From: an uncultured Alphaproteobacteria bacterium
GTDB lineage: Bacteria; Pseudomonadota; Alphaproteobacteria; Rhizobiales; Rhodomicrobiaceae
Direction: 5' to 3'
Length of the DNA stretch: 64,000 nucleotides
NCBI GenBank assembly: GCA_963727575.1
Contig: CAVSIA010000038.1
Coordinates: 83,551 to 147,550 of the forward strand
A program made the translations under genes and the position numbers. This document shows positions 31,078 through 39,707 of the stretch, piece after piece. Position 1 is the stretch's first letter. Each line of letters starts with the position of its first letter. A model generated the notes under the pieces. It made no database searches. It had not been told where the DNA came from and worked only from the letters and a program-made list of their open reading frames with translations.

Positions 31078-31554
31078 CTAGAGAAGCACGCCGCGCGGGG
31101 TCTGCACCTGCAGCCCGACCGAAAACACGACGTAGATGAGCGCGATGAAGCCTGCGGTGATCGCAAGGCGGACGGCCCAGGTCCGCGGGCTCAAATGCGG
31201 CTCAGAGTCATAGAGCGTATAAAGCGCCAGGAACGCCACCGCCGCGCCCGCGTAATAGCCGAGCCCGGTCGCCAGCACGAACACATAGAGCAGCATCAGC
31301 GCGATCCCCGGCGCGACCGCCACGACCTGCGCGAGCGTGAAGCCCGCCCCCGTGCGGTTCGCGCCGCGCAGCGCGCGGGCAAAGGCGAAGATGCCGAGGC
31401 CGACCATTGTTACGGCGATAAGCTGCGGAAAAAGATAGGGCGTCGGGTCGTCGACCCGGAAGCTGACATAGGCGAGCCACAGGCCGAGCGCGAGCAGCAG
31501 CCCGGCGGCGATGGATTGCTGCGTGCGGCCCGCATTGTCCTGTTGCCAGCTCAT
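31078..31554 (-). CDS. tctB: tripartite tricarboxylate transporter TctB-family small membrane protein
   Basis: 158 aa with four TM helices. Position between tctC and tctA. Confidence 0.65.
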   Translation of the reverse strand: MSWQQDNAGRTQQSIAAGLLLALGLWLAYVSFRVDDPTPYLFPQLIAVTMVGLGIFAFARALRGANRTGAGFTLAQVVAVAPGIALMLLYVFVLATGLGYYAGAAVAFLALYTLYDSEPHLSPRTWAVRLAITAGFIALIYVVFSVGLQVQTPRGVLL

Positions 31555-33062
31555 GTCAGCGCTCCTTCCACCGCATCGATCCGCCGGAGCCGGATCTCGG
31601 ACGCCACCGAATAGGCGAGCGAGGCCAGCACCAGGGCGATCAGCAGCAGATTGAGCGGCCCGGTGCAGAAATAGGCCAGCACCCCGTCCTGCGCCTCGGC
31701 GATGATGCGGCCCTGGACATAATTGGTCTCCGCGATCGGCCCGAGGATGACGCCGAGCACCAGCGGGGCCGGGCTGAAGCCGTATTGCTGAAGCACATAC
31801 ATGCCGAGGCCGAGCATCAGCATGACCACGACATCGGACTGCGAATTCTGCACCGAATAGGCGCCGAACACGGCAAAGACGAGGATGGCGCTAGCGAGAA
31901 TGGCGGGCGGAATGCGGATCACATGCGCGGCGAGCCCGGCGATGTAAAGGCCGAAGACCATCATCAGCGCTTGCCCGATCAGCAGCGAATTGATGAACGC
32001 CCAGGCCACGTCGCCGTGCTGGGTGAACAGGTTCGGGCCGGGAAAGATGCCATGGATCAGCAGGCCGCCGAGCAGCACCGCCGCGGTCGGGCTGCCCGGA
32101 ACGGAGAGCGTCAGCAGCGGTACGAGCGAGGGGCCGACCATGGCGTTGTTCGCGGTCTCGGCGGCGATCACGCCCTCGGCTTCGCCGGTGCCGAAAACGC
32201 GGCGACGCGGTGAGAACCGGCGGACCTGGTCATAGGAGACGAGCCCGGCAATCTGGCCGCCGGCGCCGGGAATGAGGCCGATGATGATGCCGACGACGCT
32301 GCCGATCGAGCAGGCGCGCACATGCCGGAAGGTCTCCCTGACCGATGCCCAGACGCTGTGCGGCCGCACCTCCATCATGTTGTATTCCCGGCCCCGGCGC
32401 GCGTTCTGCAGCATCTCGATGATCTGCGGAACAGCGAACAGGCCGATCAGCGCGGCAACGATATTGACCCCGCCCTCCAGATGCTCGGAGAACACGAAGC
32501 GCTCCACGCCCTGGACCGAGTCGTAGCCGATCATCGCGATCCAGAGGCCGATGCAGCCGGCCAGCAGGCCCTTGACCACGGATTTGGAGTCGAGCGAGCC
32601 GATGATGGTGACGCCGAGAATGGCGATCCAGAACAGATGCGACGGGCCGAAGCCGAGCGCCCATTTCGCCAGGATCGGCGTGAAGAAGATGAGGACCAGA
32701 ACGCCGAGCACGCCGCCGATGAAGGAGGAAATGAAACAGAGCTGCAGTGCCTTGGCGCCGTCGCCGCGCTTGGCCATCTCGTAGCCGTCGAGCGCCGTGG
32801 CGATATTGGCCGGCGCGCCGGGGATCTTCAGCAGCACGGCGCTGACGGCTCCGCCGGCGACGGTCGCGGTATAGGCCGCGCCGAGCAGCATCAGTCCCTG
32901 CGCGGGGTCCATGTGGAACGTGAACGGTATCAACAACGCCACCGCCATCGTCGGGGAAAGCCCCGGCGTCGCCCCAAGAAGCAGCCCACCGACCGTCCCG
33001 GCGCACAGGATCGCCATGGACGATAGCGTGAAGACGGGGCCAAAATGCTGCAGGAATTCCAT
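31551..33062 (-). CDS. tctA: tripartite tricarboxylate transporter TctA-family permease
   Basis: 503 aa from MEFLQHFGP...; multi-TM TctA family. It overlaps tctB by 4 nt. Confidence 0.8.
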   Translation of the reverse strand: MEFLQHFGPVFTLSSMAILCAGTVGGLLLGATPGLSPTMAVALLIPFTFHMDPAQGLMLLGAAYTATVAGGAVSAVLLKIPGAPANIATALDGYEMAKRGDGAKALQLCFISSFIGGVLGVLVLIFFTPILAKWALGFGPSHLFWIAILGVTIIGSLDSKSVVKGLLAGCIGLWIAMIGYDSVQGVERFVFSEHLEGGVNIVAALIGLFAVPQIIEMLQNARRGREYNMMEVRPHSVWASVRETFRHVRACSIGSVVGIIIGLIPGAGGQIAGLVSYDQVRRFSPRRRVFGTGEAEGVIAAETANNAMVGPSLVPLLTLSVPGSPTAAVLLGGLLIHGIFPGPNLFTQHGDVAWAFINSLLIGQALMMVFGLYIAGLAAHVIRIPPAILASAILVFAVFGAYSVQNSQSDVVVMLMLGLGMYVLQQYGFSPAPLVLGVILGPIAETNYVQGRIIAEAQDGVLAYFCTGPLNLLLIALVLASLAYSVASEIRLRRIDAVEGALT

Positions 33063-33144
33063 TAGCAACTCACCCTGATAACGTTTCCTTCTAGCGGGTC
33101 TGGTGCCAGCCTTTGTGATCATGCTAGGTAATGAAAACGGCCTT

Positions 33145-33158
33145 GCAAACGTTTTCAT
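33145..33158. promoter_or_regulatory. LacI-type operator TGCAAACGTTTTCA between tctA and the divergent LacI gene
   Basis: Close match to the TGnAAnCGnTTnCA consensus. An adjacent half-site TGAAAACGG lies at about 33132. Confidence 0.45.
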
Positions 33159-33229
33159 TTGGCAAAAGTGCTGTGCTTCGCCATTGATCGGGTCAGAAAT
33201 GGGACGCAAATTGCTGCGCTCGAGCGTGC

Positions 33230-34252
33230 CAGGGCATCGTCGACGTCGCAGCGCGGGCGAATGTTTCCCCGGCGACCGTCTCTCGCTATTTCAACGCGCC
33301 GGAGATTGTCCGCTACGCCACGCGCAAGCGGATCGAGGAGGCGGTGAACGCGCTCGGCTACGTGCCGAACGGCGCGGCTCGGAGCCTCAATCGCGGCGCG
33401 AGCGGCACGATCGGCCTCATCGTACCGACCATCGACAACGCCATCTTCGCCGAGCTGGCGCAGGCTTTCTCGACTGCGCTGTTCCGTCATTCCCGCACCA
33501 TGCTGATCGCCGCGCATGGCTACGATCTTGCGCGCGAGGCGATCCTGGTGGAGTCCCTCCTCCAGCACCGCGTCGACGCGCTTGCCTTGGTCGGTCTGGA
33601 ACATGAGCAAGCCACCTTCGAGCAGCTCCAGCGGCGCGGCATCCCGACCGTGATGCTCTGGAACTACCGCAAGGGCGGCCGTCTCCCTTGTGTCGGCGTC
33701 GACAACCGCGAGGTCGGGCGCGAGGCGGCCGGGCATCTGATCGGGCTCGGCCATGAGGACATTCTGTTCCTGTTCGCCGAGGGGGGGATGAACGACCGAG
33801 CCGCCGACCGGCGATCCGGAGCCTTTGCGGCAATGACCGAGGCGGGCATTCCGGTGCGTCCCGAGCGCAGCGTCATCTGCCCCTACGACGTCCAGGCGGC
33901 GAAGGAAACTGCGGTGCGGCTGCTCGATGTCGACGACCGGCCGACGGCGATCTTCTCGGGCAACGACGTGATTGCGCAGGGCGTGCTGTTCGCGGCGCTG
34001 GCGCTCGGCCTTCGCATCCCGGAGGAGCTTTCGATCATCGGCATCGGCGATTTTCGCGGCTCTTCGGCGGTCGAGCCGGGCCTGACCACGGTGCGCATCC
34101 CGGCGCTGCTGATCGGCACGCGGGCAGCGGAGATCCTGGTCGAGATGATCGAGGCGACCGACGGCGAGACCGGCTATGACGAGCGCTTCGCTCCGGAGCT
34201 CCTCGTGCGCGGCTCCACGGGGCGGCGGCAAGGGATCGGGACGCTCTCCTGA
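33230..34252 (+). CDS. LacI-family transcriptional regulator (candidate regulator of the sulfonate island); N-terminal start unclear, possible frameshift
   Basis: HTH (GIVDVAARANVSPATVSRYFNAPEIVRYATRKRIEEAVNALGYVPN) lies in frame upstream of ORF 33344..34252, but no in-frame ATG/GTG/TTG is found after the stop at 33185. Confidence 0.6.
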   Translation, partial: QGIVDVAARANVSPATVSRYFNAPEIVRYATRKRIEEAVNALGYVPNGAARSLNRGASGTIGLIVPTIDNAIFAELAQAFSTALFRHSRTMLIAAHGYDLAREAILVESLLQHRVDALALVGLEHEQATFEQLQRRGIPTVMLWNYRKGGRLPCVGVDNREVGREAAGHLIGLGHEDILFLFAEGGMNDRAADRRSGAFAAMTEAGIPVRPERSVICPYDVQAAKETAVRLLDVDDRPTAIFSGNDVIAQGVLFAALALGLRIPEELSIIGIGDFRGSSAVEPGLTTVRIPALLIGTRAAEILVEMIEATDGETGYDERFAPELLVRGSTGRRQGIGTLS

Positions 34253-34466
34253 CGGCGTGTCTTGGTCGCGCTGGAACGAACGGAGCGATGCAGGGGATAA
34301 CTACATGCCAAATATCTAAGACGAAATCCCCGCAGCAGGCGGGGATCCAGTACACTCGTAACTCCGCGGAACAATGGATCCCCGTTTTCACGGGGATGTC
34401 GTCTGCGTTTGTTGCGAGCGATGCAATCTTATCTAATGCTACCCGCTGCTTGAGAGGCGCAGCGCC

Positions 34467-36302
34467 TCACTGACTTGGCGCCGATCCCGCCGGGGCGTTC
34501 TGCGCGGCGGACTTGGCCAGCATATCGCCCAGGAGTGCCGAGAGCATCCCGGCGACGCCGTCGCCGCCCTGGCCGACCGTGACCTGCGGCACGAATTTAT
34601 GCGCATTGTTGAACACCGCCGAGATCACGTCCGGATGCTGCTGGGCGAACTGCATAAGCAGCTCGAACTGGCGCAGCTTGACCGTCGCATCGAGGCCGAG
34701 CACGTCCATCTGCTTCTTCTGGCCTTCGGCAATCGCCGCCAGCTTGTCGCGTTCGCCGAGGCCGGAATTACGCGCGGCCTGGGCAAGCTGCACCGAGCGC
34801 TGCACCTCGATCTCGGCCTGGACGAGCTCGGTCTGCTGATCGGCAGTCGCCTTGGCCTTTTCGGAGGTGACGCGCTGCTGCTGGGCGGCCTGCTCCTGGA
34901 TGAAAGCCTTGGCGAGCTGCGTGGCGAGCTGCTCGCGGCGCACCGCCACCAGCAGCTCCGGCGGAATCGCCGGCTCGCCGAGCCGCACCTCGCGGATGGT
35001 AACGCAGGATTTGCGCCCCTCCGGCCGGATGCGGCGCTCGATCTCGGTCTCGATCAGCGGGCGCTGATTGATCAGGTCGAGCACCTTGGTCGGCCGGTTG
35101 ACGGTGACGATGATCGGCTTACCCTCGGCGTCGAGCACGGGACGGTTGTTCTCGTCGACCTTGGCCTCGGTGACCTCATAGGTGCCACCCGCCACGTCGC
35201 GGGTGATGGCGCGGATCGACGGGGTGAGCACCCGGTCTTCGATCTGCTTCAACGTGCCGATACCGGCGACGACGCAGGATGCATCGTTCGGCGCCACCTG
35301 CGCCACGACGCGCAGCTCCAGCGGCACGTCCCAGCCTTCCATTTTCAGGAACACCGCGCGGTCGGCGTTGTTGTCGTCGATCGGAATGTCCTCTTCCGTA
35401 CGCTTCTGAACGATCTCGCCCTTGGTGTCGACGGTCAGCGAGATCTGCGCCCTCTTATAGCCGCCGGCATAGGTCCAGACCTGCGCGCGGGTATCGACGT
35501 CGATGATCGTGAAGGCGTTCTGGTTGAGATAATATTTGCCCGGCTGTAAGGACTTGGACCAGACGCCGATGCAGCCTACGGGCACGATCGGTGCATCGAT
35601 ATGCTGCTCGCCGCGGCTTTCATCGCTGCTGAGGAGGTCGCAATTTTCGGGCTTGGCGGCCTCGAGCGTGCCGAAGTCGACAGCGGCGTGCACGTTGGAT
35701 TTGACGACGCCGACGAAGCCGGCGGGCACCTCGACCGCATCGGTCAGCTCGACATTCCAGAGATAGTGGTTGAGGCGATAGCGTCCCGGCGTGAGCACGC
35801 TGAGCTGCGGGCCGCGCTGGCCTCCATTGGTCAGGAACCGCTCGGCATCGAGCATGGAATAGCCCTGCTCCGGCGGGAACGGATCGGCGAAGGTCTGGCC
35901 GAAACGCAAGGAGGCGCCGTCGCGCGCCGTGAGGATGCCAACCTTGCCTTGCGGAATTTCCAGCTCCGGCCGTGACGTATCGACCGTATAGAGAACGTTT
36001 ATCAACGGCTCGAAGTGGAAGCCCGGCGCGAGAATGCGCGCCTGCGGACCGTTTTCGCCAGCCGTGGCGATGATCTTGCCGGACGGCAGCGCGCTTCCGG
36101 TATAGACGCGGAACAGATGCGCTGAGTGGCCGTCCGGGACGTAGACGAAAGAGGTCGAGGCGACGCTGAACAGCACGATCAGCACGCCGATGAGGGGGAT
36201 GGCAATGCTAGGGACCACGCCCTTGAAGCGCTCGGGAAGCAGAGTGGGCGCGAGTGCGATGATCAGCACTCCAATGACCACACCGATAATCAAGCCAATC
36301 AT
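34467..36302 (-). CDS. flotillin/SPFH (band 7) domain protein, YqiK-like, N-terminal TM anchor
   Basis: N-terminal hydrophobic helix, SPFH domain, and a long Ala/Gln-rich coiled-coil C-terminal region. Confidence 0.75.
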   Translation of the reverse strand: MIGLIIGVVIGVLIIALAPTLLPERFKGVVPSIAIPLIGVLIVLFSVASTSFVYVPDGHSAHLFRVYTGSALPSGKIIATAGENGPQARILAPGFHFEPLINVLYTVDTSRPELEIPQGKVGILTARDGASLRFGQTFADPFPPEQGYSMLDAERFLTNGGQRGPQLSVLTPGRYRLNHYLWNVELTDAVEVPAGFVGVVKSNVHAAVDFGTLEAAKPENCDLLSSDESRGEQHIDAPIVPVGCIGVWSKSLQPGKYYLNQNAFTIIDVDTRAQVWTYAGGYKRAQISLTVDTKGEIVQKRTEEDIPIDDNNADRAVFLKMEGWDVPLELRVVAQVAPNDASCVVAGIGTLKQIEDRVLTPSIRAITRDVAGGTYEVTEAKVDENNRPVLDAEGKPIIVTVNRPTKVLDLINQRPLIETEIERRIRPEGRKSCVTIREVRLGEPAIPPELLVAVRREQLATQLAKAFIQEQAAQQQRVTSEKAKATADQQTELVQAEIEVQRSVQLAQAARNSGLGERDKLAAIAEGQKKQMDVLGLDATVKLRQFELLMQFAQQHPDVISAVFNNAHKFVPQVTVGQGGDGVAGMLSALLGDMLAKSAAQNAPAGSAPSQ

Positions 36303-36518
36303 CTTCCCCTCCACGCTCGCGGCAGCACAGGCCGTCACGCCCCCATATTAGAGGTATCGTCTACACACTCCCTGTGAACGCGCCATGAAATCCACGCTGC
36401 TCGGTTAACCATTCAGAAAGGGTGCGATGAGGGATGCCTGCCATGCCGAGAGCCGGGAGCGCGACGGCGCGGCCAGCGCCGGACGTCGCGCTCCGAATGA
36501 CGAAGTCGGGCCTGGGTG

Positions 36519-37796
36519 CTACTCGATGACGATCGTCGCCACGTAGTCCATCTTGCGATCGGGGTGATCGGGCGGCAGCATCGTGTTGATCAGATAGGAC
36601 GTCGGCGAATAATTCTCCGGCACCTGCCGGTTGAACAGCGCCCGCGCCACACGCGCCTTCATCCGCCGCCAGCCGCTTGCGCTGATGCCGAGATAATATT
36701 TCTCCAGCGGACCGAATTTCGGCTTCATCTCTTCCGCCAGCGCGCGGTGGCCGGGCGAGAGCTTGGATAAAGCTTTCGGATTTTCGACGAACACGGCGTG
36801 GAGCAGCTTGTCTTCATCGTCCTGCGGAAGCCCGAGCGCGTTGATGACCAGCAGCGGACCATCGGCGAGCCCGGCATAGGAGCCATTGCCGCCGTGATCG
36901 ACATAATTGCCGGTCGCGCGCAGCGGCGTCATCACCGGTTTGATGCAGGAGGGAACGCTCTTGCCCTTGAATTGGTCGTCGCTCGCCTTGGCGTCGCAAT
37001 CCCGCATCGCCAGGACCGACCAGGCGAATTCGGAGCAGAACATGCTCACCGTGCCGGGAGGATTCTGACCTAGGGCGATCTGGCCGAGTTGCTGGACGAA
37101 GGTCAGCGGCTTGCGCGACGAAAATTTCGGCGCGTTATAGTCCTGGTTGAAGCTGACCTGGGAGGGATAGACCTTCTTGGCACGCGAAGTAAGCCGGGTC
37201 GCCCAATCGAGCACGTGGGCGCGCTGCTCGTCCGTCAGCCCGCGCGGGCGGATGATGTGGATCATGTTGAGCGTGCGGTAATGCTCGCTGGTCAGCCGGC
37301 CGTCATAGCGGGAGCCGAGATATTCGGCGTTTAGCGGATTGTCCAGATTGTGCAGCTCGCCGTCCTTGATGTAGGCGAGGCCGGTGTGCGAGATGCCCAT
37401 CTGCACATTCGGGTAAGCGCCGGTGCCGCCCCATTCCGGGCGCACGGTCAGCATCACATCACCGGTCTGCACCAGTCCGCTCTTGGCCAGCCGCTTGGTC
37501 ATGCCGTTGCGTTTGACGATGACGAGGCGCAGGCCGACATCGCCCTGCTTGCCGATGGCGTCGGGATGTTTGAAGTCGACCAGGCGGTCGGAGATGTTGA
37601 TGTCGGAGGGCAGCGGCAGGCGCGCGCTGGCGGGGAGTGCGAAATAGACGGGAATGCCCAGCTTGCGGGCAACGTCCTTGTTGGTCTTCTCGTTGAACGT
37701 AAATTCCTTCGCCATGGCTGGCGCGGCGGCGGCTGCCAGCCCGCCGAACAGAACGAATGCAACGGCGAGGCCGAAATTTCTGAGGTTTTTAGCCAT
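36519..37796 (-). CDS. secreted hypothetical protein; possible permuted papain-like (YiiX/YaeF-like, His-then-Cys) hydrolase
   Basis: Signal peptide MAKNLRNFGLAVAFVLFGGLAAAAAPAMA. A candidate catalytic His (GISHTGLAYI) precedes a Cys in a CSEF motif (MFCSEFAWSV), as in permuted papain-fold enzymes. Weak and motif-based only. Confidence 0.45.
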   Translation of the reverse strand: MAKNLRNFGLAVAFVLFGGLAAAAAPAMAKEFTFNEKTNKDVARKLGIPVYFALPASARLPLPSDINISDRLVDFKHPDAIGKQGDVGLRLVIVKRNGMTKRLAKSGLVQTGDVMLTVRPEWGGTGAYPNVQMGISHTGLAYIKDGELHNLDNPLNAEYLGSRYDGRLTSEHYRTLNMIHIIRPRGLTDEQRAHVLDWATRLTSRAKKVYPSQVSFNQDYNAPKFSSRKPLTFVQQLGQIALGQNPPGTVSMFCSEFAWSVLAMRDCDAKASDDQFKGKSVPSCIKPVMTPLRATGNYVDHGGNGSYAGLADGPLLVINALGLPQDDEDKLLHAVFVENPKALSKLSPGHRALAEEMKPKFGPLEKYYLGISASGWRRMKARVARALFNRQVPENYSPTSYLINTMLPPDHPDRKMDYVATIVIE

Positions 37797-37921
37797 GACC
37801 ACCCCTCTCAGAGCGAGCTAGAGCTTACGCAACTTGCGGCCGTTATGGCCAATTTGACCGGCAGCTATAGCATGAGCCGGGGCCTGTGCGCATCTGTCTC
37901 GATACGCATCCACACTCTGAG

Positions 37922-38764
37922 CTACCGCCGGATCTGCACATGGATATGATCGTCGTGACGGGCGGCATGGCACCCCTGGAATCGTAGGAGCGGCGAGCCG
38001 ACGCCGAGGCGACGCGCGAGATAAGGTTCGAGAAACAGCTTGTCCACGCCGTATTCCGATCCGGCCGACACCAGCCATGCGACCGCGTCGCGCGTGCGGC
38101 CGGCGTCGAGCGTCAGGCCGGGCAGCAGCGGCTGCAGCCAGTCCATGTTCCATCTAAGGTCGAAGCCGGCTTTGCCCCGGCAGGCGCTCTGGTCGGATCC
38201 GGCCGGCTGCTCGAAGCCCCAATAACCGATCGGTGATCGCAGCGCACCCGGCAGATACTGCCCTGCCGCGTCGTCATAGTAGAAGGCCAGATCAAGCTTG
38301 CGCCCATCGTCATGGGAAAGGTGGGGAAAAAGCGGATAGTCGTCGAAAAACGGGAAATTCGCGTCGAGATAGAGTGTCCTGGTCCCCGGATACACCTCGT
38401 CCATGTGCCGGGCAAGGGCATCGATCATCGATCTGAGCCGCGGGTCGACATAGTTCCGGTTGAGTGCGCAGTAGAGAACATTGCCGGCGGCGTAGTGGCG
38501 GTCTGGGCCGAATCCGCATGGCAGCGGCACGCGGCCACCGATGGCGGCGAGCGGCGGCACGATCAGCACCGTCATCGCGGCATACACCAGCGCGAACGCC
38601 AGGATAACCGGTCCCCGCGACCGCCGGGCGACGAAAAGCTTTGCCAGCAGCCAGCCGATGAGGAGCGCAACGCCGCCGATCTGCGTGAGCAGCGTCAGCA
38701 GGACGAACGCAACGATACCGAGGATTACGCTCATGGCCGAAGGCTGCCCACTACCCGTTTTCAA
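37922..38764 (-). CDS. membrane-anchored putative LAS-superfamily zinc metallopeptidase (MepA-like S-H-D-D ... H-x-H motifs)
   Basis: N-terminal TM segments, then PHLSHDDGRKLDL and a C-terminal HDDHIHVQI. These resemble the HxxxxxD and HxH zinc ligands of penicillin-insensitive murein endopeptidase / VanY-like enzymes. Confidence 0.45.
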   Translation of the reverse strand: MKTGSGQPSAMSVILGIVAFVLLTLLTQIGGVALLIGWLLAKLFVARRSRGPVILAFALVYAAMTVLIVPPLAAIGGRVPLPCGFGPDRHYAAGNVLYCALNRNYVDPRLRSMIDALARHMDEVYPGTRTLYLDANFPFFDDYPLFPHLSHDDGRKLDLAFYYDDAAGQYLPGALRSPIGYWGFEQPAGSDQSACRGKAGFDLRWNMDWLQPLLPGLTLDAGRTRDAVAWLVSAGSEYGVDKLFLEPYLARRLGVGSPLLRFQGCHAARHDDHIHVQIRR

Positions 38765-39053
38765 CAGCCGATGATGGGACGGTTAGCGGTCCGAGCGCGG
38801 CTTCGGCAGGCTCTTAGCACGGAAGCGGCGGCGCGCCAATCGCGTAGAATCGACGGTCGGGCAACGGTTTAGCCGGAGGTGCTGCCCCAAACCGCGCGCC
38901 CCGGCGGGACCAGCGTATCGGGCCAGCGGCATTGTCGTCATATTCAGAATCGGGAGACCAGTATATTGCTTTTGATGCATCTGGCTCGGGGGATCACGCT
39001 ATGGCATATTCGGCCCGTCCGCACTTCGGGGATGTGAGATTGGAGGAACACCT

Positions 39054-39698
39054 ATGTCGGTGACGCGACGTCATGTTCTTCGTGGTCTGGCGGCGGCCCC
39101 GCTTGCGGCAATGCTTCCCGCAGGCATGGCAGCAGCCGAATCAGGCCACTTCGTCGGCTCGGTCGTGGCCCAATGGGGCGACAACGGCCTCGATATGACG
39201 CTGATTCAGCCATTCGAATTTATCGGACCAGACGGCCAAAGCTGGCCTGTGCCGGCAGGCGCGAGAGTGGACGGCGCCTCCATCCCGCGCGTGTTCTGGT
39301 CGCTGATCGGCGGCCCGTTCGAGGGGCTTTACCGCAATGCCTCGGTCGTGCACGACTATTATTGCGACGTGAAGGTGCGCAGCTATCAAGCGGTGCATAA
39401 GGCGTTCTATGAAGCGATGGTCGCCTCCGGCGTCGATCCCGCCAAAGCGTGGCTGATGTTTCAAGCGGTCAACCGCTTCGGCCCCCGCTGGGCGGATGCG
39501 GCGCCCTCTGGCGAACCATGCGGGCCGACCGGGCAAGGCAATGATTTCCGCCCATGCATGCGCGGATTTGCAGCGCGCGCCCCGGCTCAGCCGAAGGTGG
39601 ACAAGTTCGAGCTGGAATCCTTCCTCGCCGACGTCGAAGACAAGGCCAACCCTAGCGACGTCGCCAAGCTGCGCCAGGCGATCGACAAGCTGCAATAG
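39054..39698 (+). CDS. DUF1353 domain protein with Tat signal
   Basis: MSVTRRHVLRGLAAAPLAAMLPAGMAAA signal. DUF1353-like core (FEFIGPDGQSWPVPAGARVDGASIPRVFWSLIGGPFEGLYRNASVVHDYYC). GGAGG RBS. Confidence 0.55.
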   Translation: MSVTRRHVLRGLAAAPLAAMLPAGMAAAESGHFVGSVVAQWGDNGLDMTLIQPFEFIGPDGQSWPVPAGARVDGASIPRVFWSLIGGPFEGLYRNASVVHDYYCDVKVRSYQAVHKAFYEAMVASGVDPAKAWLMFQAVNRFGPRWADAAPSGEPCGPTGQGNDFRPCMRGFAARAPAQPKVDKFELESFLADVEDKANPSDVAKLRQAIDKLQ

Positions 39699-39707
39699 GC
39701 GGCCTTG

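Noticed and set aside
34467-39698. Flotillin / hydrolase / DUF1353 cluster as an anti-phage defence system
   Set aside because: I considered this because envelope proteins of unknown function cluster here, but there are no nuclease, ATPase, NTPase, TIR, SIR2 or HEPN-like domains. It is kept as an envelope-module finding only.
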